A stretch of 64,000 bases of DNA from Macrostomum lignano. Lineage: Eukaryota. Below, piece by piece: positions 36,598-48,100 of the stretch. The stretch lies in contig NIVC01003571.1 in the NCBI GenBank assembly GCA_002269645.1, positions 26,636 through 90,635 of the forward strand. The letters are read 5' to 3'. The position numbers were made by a program, and so were the translations under genes. Each line of letters opens with the position of its first letter. The first letter of the stretch is position 1. The notes beneath the pieces are model-generated. The model saw only the letters and a program-made list of their open reading frames with translations. It did not search any database and was not told the DNA's origin.

Positions 36598-38712
36598 AAG
36601 ACTAGCAATCTATGCCCACCCTTTGGGGTGCCAAATAAGCAAGAGACAAATTGAAACAGTTTTATTAAGTTTTCCTATTGTTACATATTAAATATGTTGA
36701 GGAAAATGTAATATACAAATCTTTTCTATACTCACAAAAGGTTATTTGGTTGCTATAATCTCTTTGAGATTTTTTTATTAGAATTATATAGCATAAAAAT
36801 TACACATTTCATGCACATTTGTACAACACAATGTAACATCCATAAGAATGCAGTGTTAAGTATTTAAACAAAGATAAGTAGACTTGCCACACAGAAAGAA
36901 AAGTTTATCTATGAAAAGAGAAAACATGGTCAGTTAAGTCATTTTTTAAATAGTAACCTAGAGATTAGTCAATTTTTTTACATACACATTGGTTAATGAC
37001 AACTTGCATTGAATTTAATTTGCGCTGAAAATTGTTGTTTAATATATTAATGCCCTACCATAACTATACATATAGAATAAACTGCATGATGTGTACTAAA
37101 ATGAACAATATTTTGTACTCCAGTGGTCCTTGAAACAGATTTTATGAAAAATTATAATGGCGACAACAAATAGATATTGATTCTTGAATCTTGATTTAAT
37201 GCGTATGCATAAAACTCTTCAAAGTTTCTTTCACCTTACATCAAATCTCCATTTTAAGTCAGGTTAATAATGCATGAACCTAGTAGCTAAATTCAGTGGT
37301 GACTGCAACTTATACAAAAACTGATATCAGCAATAAAGGACTTAAAAGGGCCTCAATTATTTCCCACTGTTGACTGTTATCTTTTATTGGTTTTATAATT
37401 TCAAAAATGTGTAGCAGCAAAAAAATATTAATTGGTGTATTTTATTATATTTTATATTTTATTATTAACACAAAAAATCCATGAGAAACAAAAAAGTAAA
37501 TTTCAGCATTTTTTATATATAATATAGTAAATTTCAGCATTTTTTATATATAATATAGTAAATGTATATTTTTGGTCAATAAATAAATAGAATTCTTGTG
37601 AACAAAGGCCGAAATAAAGAGTGAATTTTGTTAAATTAGTTTAGTACATTGACCAATAAAACAACTCTGAATATTTTAGCACAATATTTCTTTGCACACA
37701 TGCCTTGTACAAGTATGATGTTCTTGCAGAAGGCTTACCAACAATATAGCCCATTGCACAATTTATGTACATTTAATTATTTTTGTGATCTATTATATTT
37801 AATTATCTGTTTTGACATGTTTATGTTTGACACGGTGGCTGTTTTATGTACAACATGGTGGCTCCTTTGTGTTTGACATGGTGGCTCTTTAGTGTTTGTC
37901 ATGGAGCCTCTAGTGTTTGACATGGCAGCTCTTTAATGTTTTACATGGTGCCTCTTTAATGTATGACATTGTGGCTCCTTTGTGTTTGATGAACCAAAAA
38001 AAGCAAAAAAGACTCGTATTAAAATGGATTTATCATAAGGCAAAGAGCCTCTTTGCAGCAAAAATGATTAGCTACTTAAATTTGCCTAGTGCTTCTAATT
38101 CAGCATTTTAGTCATAGTTTTAATTTTCATCTTAAATAGATGACAGACAGAGAACAGACTTAGTCAAATAGCTAACCAGCACAGAAATAAAAAAATTCTT
38201 AATTCAATGCTTCATTCTTCAACGTCAACAACAGTGCTGCAGCTGCGGCTGTTGTTGTTGTTGTTGTTATTAGATGGCCCAAATGCGCCCAGGATCCATA
38301 CAGAACCTGGCCAGTGCGACCAAACCATCAGGGTAATCGGACAAGTTGCTGAGGGAGATCGGAGCTCCAATGAAGCGACGGCGGGCGTGTAGCGCCAACC
38401 GGCATGCAGCTGCGGCTGTGGTGGCAACAGAGATTTCTGCAGTCTGCCGCTATGTGGCCGCGCTGCAGGCAGAATCGGCAGAGTCCAACTGTGAAAAGAA
38501 AGCATAATAGTTTTGTAACATATATTCATTTCACACGAAATGAGTGGTCAAACAAAAACTGATTTAGTCAAAACTATCCCTCTAAACAAACTCGTAGTAC
38601 AATAAACTTACGTGCGCGCATTTCATCTCTCACAAATCTAGTCCGCGCCGAACGCGAGTGTAGCTGCAGTTGATGCTGCTGCTGTTGCGGTTGTTGTTGT
38701 TGCTGTTGCTGT

Positions 38713-39558
38713 GTGTGTGTGTGTGTGTGTGTATATATGCCACCGGTGCAGTCTAACGTTCCGCGAATCTGGTCAGGAACCAATTCCAGTAAGCAAGCGC
38801 GCTTGGCTCCTTGGCCCACAAGTCGGCGGCGTCGCCAATACCGAGCTGCTGCCTGCGCGTCCAGGTGGCCGGGCAGTCGCAGAGGTGGTCGACCGTTTCT
38901 GGCTCCAGTTTGCAGGCCCGACACAGCCCGTCGTCGGCGCGTCCGATGCGCAGGTTGTAAGCTTGAAGTTGGATCGAGTGGCCGGAGCGGAAGCGGCGCA
39001 GGCTTAGCGCTTCGGTACGATTTCCGAAGCTCGCTCGCTGCACCCTGGCTTCCCTGCCGTAGGTCCTGCGGCTCCGGTCGTGCGTGAACCTTCTCGGTAG
39101 TTGCCTCCGGAGGACTCTACTCGTGATGCTGGCGCCAACCGGCATGTTGTCCTGTGGCATGGTTGCGGCTTCACCAGCTGGCTTATCAGCTGCTTCGTTT
39201 CCGGGGAGGCCGCAGTGAGCCGGTATCCAGATCATAGCCACCTTGCGGCCGCACTCCCCGAGGTGTGCCAGCAGGTGCCGGATGTTAATGGCGGCCGGCA
39301 ACCGGGATTCGCCTGTGATGGCTTGCAGCGCGCTGCGGCTGTCAGTGGCTATGCGGGCGTGGTGCCATGGTTCGTCCAGTTTGCACAGCCAGTCAATAGC
39401 CGCCAGCAGGGCGACTAGCTCGGCAGCGGTCGAGGAGCAGGGCCGCCCCGCTGGAATGCGCAGCGTGGTGATATTGTCAGAGAGCGCAGCAGTGAGCGGC
39501 GGCGTGACCTTGTCTATGATGATGCCAGCCCCTCCGCTGCCGTCTTTGAGAACCGCTC
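38713..39558 (-). mobile_element. 5'-truncated LINE B (RNase H plus C-terminal zinc-binding region)
   Basis: RNase H motifs DGS, CSSTAAEL, TDSRSAL, WIPAHCGLPGNEAAD, followed by CRAC..ETVDHLCDCP. (CA)n tail. The 12-bp TSD tgctgttgctgt sits at 38701-38712 and 39559-39570. Confidence 0.9.
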
Positions 39559-39632
39559 TGCTGTTGCTGTTGTTGCTCCTCTTGCTGTTGTTGTTGTTGT
39601 TGTTGTTGTTGTTGAGTGCGGAGTGCAGCCGT

Positions 39633-42600
39633 CTAGAGCGGGGTCCAGTCGATCCACTCCAGGAGCCGCGCCACCAGGTTCCCATCGGCTAGGTCTTTCA
39701 GATCGCAAATGCTGTTCTGTCTTCGGGCGACATCGATCGCAGGGCAGTGGACCAGGTGGAATTGGTCTACCTCGAGCCCCCAAAGCCTGCACTCGGCCAG
39801 CTGAGCTTTGCCGATGCGCTTAGCGTAGTAGGCCGAGGAGGGGCAGTGTCCAGCTCTCACCTGCGCAACGAGGACTTGCTCACGCCGGCTGCCGTTATGG
39901 TGCGTGATGCGTCCTTGGTAAGTCTCCTTCAGATGGCCGGTCAGGTCCGGAAGGTACTCGAGACGGCGGTAGATAAACCGCTTGGCTGCTTCGAGCGAGA
40001 TGGCCACTTGGGCTTGATCCAGAAGAGCTGCGGCTTTGGCCTCGCGATCGACGAACTCGTTACCAGCCACGCCAGCATGGCCGGGAATCCACTGGATCGT
40101 GAGAACGTAACGGCCAGCTGCTTGCCGAAGAAGGGCCTTCAGGTCTTTGAGTAGCGCGTTAGTGGTGGGCCGGTCGGCTATCAGTGCTCTGACGGCCGCC
40201 TGGCTATCGGTGAGGAGGGTGGCGGTGTCAACGTCCTGCTGGATGACATCCACGACGGCATCTCGGAGCGCGCGGAGCTCGGTTTCGAAGGAGCTGCACT
40301 ATCTGCCCGCTGCAGAGTGGCCGCCCCGGATGATCGTGCCCATCTCCTGGTCAAACAGAATCCAGGCGGCGCCGCCGTTGGCGGTGCCACCCGAAGCGGA
40401 GCCGTCCGTGAAGTAGCAGGTACTGGGCAGGCGTTATCGGAAGGTGTCGGCGATGATCGGATCGTGGGTGTGCTGACTGTCGGTTTTACGGAGCGGTCTC
40501 ACCAGTTGCGGATAGAGCCTCAGCCGGTCCGAGCCGCTGAGTGTGTCCCACGGCGGGGCTCTGACCCAGGCTCCCGGGAGAAGGCTATGTGGGAGGATCT
40601 CGTTGAGCACTGAGTGGGCTTGTTCGTGGAGGCCACGGTTGGCTTTGAGCCGGGTGGGGGTCCTGAGTTCATACCTGGACCTCCAGGGGTCCGCCTCAGG
40701 CCGCCGGAGCGCCTTTTCGACGGTGACCAGCGCTCGTCGTTTGGCCTCCAGGCTGATGGGCACACAATCGGCCTCACGGTAGATGGCCACGCTAGAAGTC
40801 GAGCTTGGTAGACCAGAGACAAGACTCAGAGCGACTTTTTGGGCTTTGTCCAGGTCATTGAGGCGAGTCTGAGAGAGCCAGGGTATCCAGGCTGCAGCCG
40901 CATGCCAAACCACAGACTCCACCACGGCTTTATACACCGTCCTAAGCGTGGCGCGGTCCCACCCCCATTCGCGATGCGACAGTGCACGCAGGACAGCACA
41001 ACGACGGCGCAGTTTGGTGGCAACTTCGTCGGACTGCCGCTTGAAGAGCAGGCCGCTGTCGATCCAGACACCCAGGTAGCGCAGCTCCTGCCTGGTTGGG
41101 AGTTGCTGGCCTCGGATGCACAGGTTGAGGGTATGGTCGCGGTCCCTGCGGTCTCTCGAGAAGATACAGCATTCAGTTTTGAGGGGATTGAGATCGATAC
41201 GGAGATCTGTGGCCCAGGCGTCGATGCGATCGATGGCCAGTTGAAGGCGCTCCGCAATCTGCTGGATGTTGCTGCCCGAGGCCCAGACGCCCAGGTCGTC
41301 AGCAAAGCCGGCGTAGTTGACATCTGGGACCAGGGAGTCTGCCCAGTCGTTAATGTACAGGAGGAAGAGCACCGGCGAGCACACTGCCCCCTGCGGCACC
41401 CCCTCCTTAAGCGGCTTCCATTTGCCGATCGTGTCGCCCACGCGGACGGCAATCTGGCGCCCCTCCAGGAAGCTGGCAGACCAGTGCACCATGCGACCCG
41501 GGACTCCCTCATCCATGATACGGGCAAGGAGGCGGGTACGCCAGACCCGGTCGAAGGCGCGGGAGCAGTCAAGGGTGACAGCGATCGTTTTGCGAGGCGG
41601 GCGTTGTTCCCAGTGGTCTTGGATTTCCTAGACCAGACGCGCCACTTGTTCTTCGCAGCTATGCCCTCTCTGAAAACCAGCTTGCCACGGTTGCAGCGTG
41701 TTGTTGAGTTCGATCCAGTGCATGAGCCGGTCCATCACAATGCACTCCATGATTTGAACACAGATGGAAGTGAGACTAACAGGCCGGAAGCTGCTGCAGT
41801 TGGCTGGGTCTTTGCCCTCTTTCAAAAGTGGGACGATCACCGCCTTCTTCCAGACTTCCGGGCAGTGCCCTAGGGACCAGCACCGATTAAAGACCGTGAG
41901 CCAGGCTGTGAGCCACGAGTCCGGCAGGTGTCTGAAGAAGGCCTGCAATGTCTGAAGAATGCAAGCTTTGGCCGCCTTACTCATACGAAAGCAGAGGCGT
42001 TGGATTTGCTGCTTGACAGTGCCTTTGTTGAGCCCATTGCTATCGTCTTCGAGCTGGGCCTGGTAGCTGTTCCAGTCAGCTTTCTGCCAGGCCCAGGTGA
42101 GACAAATCTTCTGGTCGGTGCTAGCGCGGTCGCTATCCACAGTGATGAGAATGGGTTTGTGGTCAGAGCCCAGTTCGTCAAGGGCCTATCACGAGCAGAG
42201 GTCGTCGAGGCCGGCGCTAGCGAGGCTGATATTGGGGGCACTCTCTCCACCGTCGCGGCGATCGAGACCGTCGCGGCGATCGAGACAGGTGAGGGAGCCC
42301 GAGTTGAGGACACAATACCCACTACTGTCACACCACTCCAACAGGGCTTTGGCTTGTTCGGCGCCCTCGGGCCCCTGGCCAGGCAGACTACCCGAGGTCG
42401 TGTGATGGAGATTAAAGTCGCCAGCAATAATCTCGCGCTGGTGCGGCTTCAGCCAGAGATCGATGTCCGGGTGCTCCCGGCAGTCGGCGCCAGCATTGCG
42501 CCTGATGGGCGGCCGGTAAATGTTAGTGAGCACGAGACGCTTTTTGACACTAAGATTGATCACGATGCGGCAGCCTTCCACCGTGCCTCCACTCCAGCCT

Positions 42601-43470
42601 TTGAGCCGCCGGAAGGGGATTTCTTGGCGGATGAGCGTGAGGAGACCTCCTCCCTTGTACGTCTCGCTGGAACGTAGCGTTCGTCGGTCTTTTCTCACGG
42701 TGGTAAAGCCGGGGATCTTTGGCGTGCGGGAGACGGAGTCAAGCTTAGATTCTTGGATCATGACAACATCAACTTTGAGGCGTTGGACCAGCTCCTCCAG
42801 TTCTCCCATTTTGTTTCGGATGCCGTCCGCATTCCATTGCAGGACCTTGAGGCCCTTGTTATTGGCAGGTCCTTCTTTCCGTCCGCGGTGCGTTTCGTTG
42901 TGGGCCATGGGGTCGGCTTCTGGCAAGGAATGCGTAGCTCCACTGGTAGTGAGGGCTTCGGTACAGAACCGACACCGCCAGCGGCCCCTGCGGACTTCTT
43001 GCTTAATCTGTTCTCTGGTGGCTTCGGTGCATGCATTGTGGAAAAAGGCCTCACAGGTGTTACAGCAGGCAATCACCGTCGACACCAGGATGGTCTTCTT
43101 GCACTTGGCGCAGTTAGGCTTTTCTTCTTTGATCCTCGCAAGCAGGGTGAGTCTCCGATCCTCGGCCGGTGACTCCGCCTGGACGGGAGTGCCTTGCTGA
43201 GCAGTGGCCTCGGTGTCTTGTCCCGGCGGCTCCGGGGATGAGACTGGCCCACGTGAGCAGTCGGAACAAGTCCAGGTGTTCTCGCGCACGGCGCGGTCCG
43301 AGGCCCAACGGCTCAACCCAGAGCAGATTCTTTGGAGATGAAAACCGCGGTTGCATAGCCGACAGACCAGCGCCCTGTCACGGAGCGGCTTGCCGCAGCA
43401 GGCCTTGCCATAGTGTGACCGGGGGTCCTGGGTTGGTTTCAATGTTGCCGGCCCTGAATAAGCGCAGCTT
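39633..43470 (-). pseudogene. LINE A polyprotein, with five in-frame stops and one frameshift
   Basis: ORFs 42189-43613, 41628-42140, 40434-41516 and 39633-40253 share one frame. APE motifs QWNADG, IQESK, GDFN, SDH. RT motifs RPVSLTS, GVPQG, FADD, YLG. RNase H motifs FTDGS, TDSQAA, WIPGHAGVAGNE. Stops near 42189, 42186, 41628, 40434 and 40299. Confidence 0.9.
43423..43470 (-). other. 2A-like ribosome-skipping peptide KLRLFRAGNIETNPG-P
   Basis: Matches D(V/I)ExNPGP except for N in place of D. It lies at the N-terminus of an APE-type LINE ORF. Confidence 0.75.
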
Positions 43471-43583
43471 GGGAAGGTGGTGGGCCCAACTGCCACCCTC
43501 GACCGCCGGGAAGCCATCGGCGGGCTGCAGCTTCCGTTGACACAAACTTCTTCTAGCCGATGGGACACAGGGTGTCCAAGGTT

Positions 43584-43690
43584 TAGGCGCTCTTTGATAT
43601 CCCATAGGGACACCTCCCCCCCGCGACGAAGACGCGGCGCCTAGTAGGGGCTGGAGAAGCTTCTCCAGGTCGGCTGTAAAGGCCGGCGGG
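43584..43690 (-). ncRNA. Predicted HDV-like self-cleaving ribozyme at the LINE A 5' end
   Basis: Folded by eye: P2 uaggcgc/gcgccua, P3 gcg/cgc, L3 ucuucgu, P1.1 cu/ag, P4 guguccc-uau-gggauau, J4/2 caaa. P1 is imperfect (cccgcc against a G run). Confidence 0.55.
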
Positions 43691-43941
43691 TCCTCTTGCT
43701 GTTGCTGCTGTTGCTGCATTGGCCAGGTTGCCGGTGGGAGCATGGGGTGTGGGTAACGGGTTGGGATAGGGCATCCCAGTAGATGGGGGTGGGGGATAAA
43801 ATAGACTGGCAAATGGATAAGGATAGGGATAGGGATAGGGATATGGATAGGGATTGGGATAACTTAGGTAGGGATTACTTAGGTAGGGATTCATAGCGTA
43901 GTAGGAATTCGAAATTTACTGGAAAAAAAAACTGGCCTGGG

Positions 43942-44515
43942 CTTGCTTATCAGTTGTGTGAATATTGATATTCATGAAGCGCCTATTGTTAATTGCAGTC
44001 CACTCATCAATTGTAAGTGAATAATGCTCACATTGCATCTTTCTGGCATTCAAATCTGGCATTCAAATGCTTTTTCGAGTAATAGGCTACAATTGAGCTT
44101 TAGATATACAAATTCTTCTTAGGATTCAAAATTGGCCAGAAAGATTATGTGATCAAAGCAGTTAGCTAATGGCCCTTGGAATGGCCCATGAGTACTATGT
44201 CCCAGAACTGGCTTTTGAAGCAGCAGTTGGCACTGGCAGACTTTTATCTCCAAGGGCCAGATAAAGAATCCAGCTCATGGCTACAAACTAGATAAGAGTT
44301 GAAAGGAGATAAGATAAAAGATAAAAGATAAAAGAGGAGAGATAAGAGAAAAAGAGAAAAGGAGAGAGAATGTAAAATAAATTATAGAAGATAGAGAAGG
44401 GAGAAGAAAGAAAAGATAAAAGAGTAGAGATGAAAGAGGAGAAAGGAGAGATTAGAAACTGTCTAACAGTTTCATTCCTGATTGAGTTACAGAGTTGAGA
44501 CTTTATATTTAGATA
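43942..44515. repeat. Direct repeat copy 2 of 36039-36597 (hAT 5' fragment)
   Basis: Sequence identity visible by eye. Confidence 0.9.
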
Positions 44516-45168
44516 GAGAAATAAGTCAATGAAGAATTGTCAAGTTTAAAGTAAATCATATCATGTAGACAGTGTACAGTGCAATTTAGGATTAACTTTA
44601 GGATTGAAAATTTTATGCTGGTGCATCAAAATAGATTGTTGATATCAAAATTGAAAATAATTAGTTTAAAGTGGAGCAATCCTATAAAGGATTTAGCAGT
44701 TTATTTATTTTTAGGTATGAAAGACCTAAGTTTAGGAAAATTTAAGATAGCCCAAGACATTAGTCTGACCTAGCTAAAGTCAAGCTTAATTCACTTTTTG
44801 TTTCTAATCTATTATAAGAGCTGTTTATTCAGATATAAGATCATGCATTTAAGCTTTGGTTACACATATCTGTTCTCAAGACAAATAACTTTTGCTCAAA
44901 CTCTTGGCAGGTTTTTGACTATTGCCACAACGCACTCTCACGAACAAATTCAAGCCATCGTTCCTTTTATATTTAACTGCTAAATGACACACAAAAGATT
45001 GGGGTGGGGCTGAGATTGCATGTACACTAAGCGATAATGGGGGGCGGGGCCCGGAGACGTACATATCTTCGATATACTAAAATGAGACCTACAACTATAA
45101 CTAACAACGAAACATAAATACAAAGCCTACGCAACAATATCAAGAACTCTATTCTCTGTTGCAGAGAA

Positions 45169-48100
45169 ATGTCGCAGCAGCCGGATGCCCTGGCTGCTGT
45201 CACCGCAGTAGCTAATGATGATAATGAGGACGATGCGGATGTGCAATATCTGGTTTCATTCTACGCCAATTTAGATCGCGCCGGCGGGCGCAAGCTGATG
45301 CGCGTGCTGTCGCAGCAGGCGGAGGCGGCCGTGTCCGCGGCTGATTCGCAGGCTGACGACTGCGATGCCAGCCAAGGAGAGGAGGATGCTGCCGACTGTA
45401 TCGATGCCGATGAGGAAGACAATCAACCAGGTGATGCCCCACCTGCTACCGACATTTCCGATGACGACGACATCTGGTACTTGTTCGAAGATGACGGCCG
45501 GCCGAGAAAGCTGAGCCGTCGACAGAAAAAGCATCGCCGAATGGCGGCTGGCAGCGAATTGTCGGATGGCGTCGACGCTTCTGTCCGGTCTGGTCACGTG
45601 ACGTACAGCGATGTCGACTCGGCGCCGCCGAAGCCAAGCCTGACTGTAAAGTTTCTGCACGTCAGGCAGACCAGGGCCGGCCTGTGGTCGCCGCTGTCTC
45701 TGATGGACCTCTGCCTGCAGCGGCTTAGCAATCGGCCTGGTCAGAAGCGGCCAGTTCAGCTGCCGCGGCCGCTGCTTCGCCGACTTCAACGAGAGCGTCT
45801 GCTCCGTCGGCTGCGCGAGCTGACTCGCCAGTGGTGGCGCGAACGGGCCCAGGATCTCAATCAAGTGATGCAAATGCGCAACGTTGACGTAGCGCAGGCG
45901 TTGCGCAGTCACTGTGGTCGTAATGCAGAAGAGATTTTCCTGTCCCGCTCTCTGTACAGCGCCTCGCATTACAATTGTCAGCATGAAACAGTGGTTCACT
46001 CGCAGGGCGCCTATGCAGCCGAGGCATACCGTATGCCGGCCCTGCTGCGGGCTTGGAGCTCGCGCGGCGACACCTGCCGCTACCTGCCTATTTTTCATCA
46101 GCCGCGGTTTTATTGCACCAGTAACTACGTGTTGAAGCTTGCATTTTCTTGCTTTCCAATAGCCTCGCTGGCCTGTCTGGCTGCTCTGGAGTTCGACTGG
46201 CGCCGCAGGTGCATCCGATCAGAAGGTGTTTGTCACGAGCTGGCGAATCACTACGGAAAGCATGCCTTGCCCTATTGTTTATGGGCTAGAGGCCTTGTTG
46301 ACGAGGCCTGCTCAGCGTTCCTAGCCACTTCAGACTTGTTAGGGCCTGGTATTGATCGAGCATCTATGCTGAATGAGGTTGCTAGAATGTATGCTATGGT
46401 GAGTTACTCATGTGAGGTGCAATAGGGCTGATTGGTAGCTGCTGTAAGACAGTATCTAGTGAACCACAGGTTAGTAGCCCCCGGAAGACACGTTAATAGC
46501 CTCTTTAAGACATTTTAGTAGCTAATGGAAGACAGGTTAGTAGCTAATGGAAGACAGGTTAGTAGCTAATGGAAGACAGGTTAGTAGCTAATGGAAGACA
46601 GGTTAGTAGCGACTAGAAGACAGGCTAGTAGCCACTGGACCTAGAGGACATCTCAATAGCGACTGGGTGACAGGTTAGTAGCCAAAGGACATGATGTCAC
46701 TAGGCCAAAGAACCCTCTACAGCAGTTAATCTGCAATTTTAACCAGTCAAAATATGCCTGAAATCGCCAGGTGGACATGCCGCAGGATGCCGCATCTTTC
46801 TATTTGATGGCCCTTCGCGAACTCATGGCTGCTGGCGCGCTGTCCGACTCCCTGAGCTTTGAGCCGGCTGACGATCGCCTAATCCGCATTGGCGCTCACT
46901 TCCAACAATTGGCATTGTGCGCCACCGTATTCGACGAAGGCCAATTCAAAACCGGTTGTGGGGCCGTTGCTAGGCAACGCTGGCTGCAAGTATTTACACA
47001 GAGATTCGCCTGGAAACCGGAGCCTGGACCGAGTGAGCCAGCTTGGGCACCGTTTATTGACACGGAGGCCATTCAGGCGGCTATTCAGCTCGGCAACCTG
47101 TCCGACGGCCAGGTGGATGTGGATAGCTACGCCGCTTCGATTGAGCAGTCGGGCGCCGGGGTCAGCCAGCAACAGCAGCAACAGCAACGCGAGGAGCGGC
47201 CGCCTCAGCAACCGACTGCGCGGATAGAGTGCGGCCTGCGTGCCCTTATTTCGCTTGTATTCGTTCACTGCGGTGATGGCGTGAGTGTTTTTTAAATAGA
47301 GCATTATAGCATTAAAATGTTCACATAAATAGTGCCTTTTAGAGATTCGGAAATATCCGGGATTACAACGGCTTTAGAGATTGTGAATGTCCAGGGGGTC
47401 ACACAATGGCTTTAGATAGGAAACTAGCCAGGGTGGGTCACACAATGGCTTTAGATAGGAAACTAGCCAGGGTGGGTCACGCAATAGCTTTAGATAGGAA
47501 ACTAGCCAGGGTGGGTCACACAATGGCTTTAGATAGGAAACTAGCCAGGGTGGGTCACACAATGGCTTTAGATAGGAAACTAGCCAGGGTGGGTCACGCA
47601 ATAGCTTTAGATAGGAAACTAGCCAGGGTGGGTCACACAATGGCTTTAGATAGGAAACTAGCCAGGGTGGGTCACGCAATAGCTTTAGATAGGAAACTAG
47701 CCAGGGTGGGTTACGCAATAGCTTTAGATAGGAAACTAGCCAGGGTGGGTCACACAATGGCTTTAGATAGGAAACTAGCCAGGGTGGGTCACGCAATAGC
47801 TTTAGATAGGAAACTAGCCAGGGTGGGTCACACAATGGCTTTAGATAGGAAACTAGCCAGGGTGGGTCACGCAATAGCTTTAGATAGGAAACTAGCCAGG
47901 GTGGGTCACGCAATAGCTTTAGATAGAAAACTAGCCAGGGTGGGTCACACAATGGCTTTTTAGAATCGAGAAGCAATACAGAGAAAAAAACAAAACTTAT
48001 TACCCACAACTGCCAGGCTGACTGGTGCCGGGAGACCCTGGTCCACCTGGACAGGCTGCACGAGTTCACCAACCTCACCAGCATCTACCAGTCGATGCTG

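Larger units (their letters stand above)
39591..43690 (-). mobile_element. Non-LTR retrotransposon LINE A, Ingi/I-group-like, with both ends retained
   Basis: Order is 2A-like, PHD, PHD, APE, RT, RNase H. (CAA)n tail at 39591-39614. The 14-bp TSD tcctcttgctgttg sits at 39577-39590 and 43691-43704. Confidence 0.9.
38328..43743 (-). pseudogene. Putative small polyQ + CCHC zinc-knuckle gene disrupted by two LINEs
   Basis: Removing both LINEs and one TSD copy each restores an open polyQ frame. A GT-AG intron at 38611-38489 joins it in frame to LGLCRFCLQRGHIAADC. Confidence 0.45.

Noticed and set aside
36039-44515. LTR retrotransposon defined by the direct repeats
   Set aside because: No TG...CA ends, PBS, PPT or integrase. 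The repeats are hAT sequence and the RT inside is non-LTR type.
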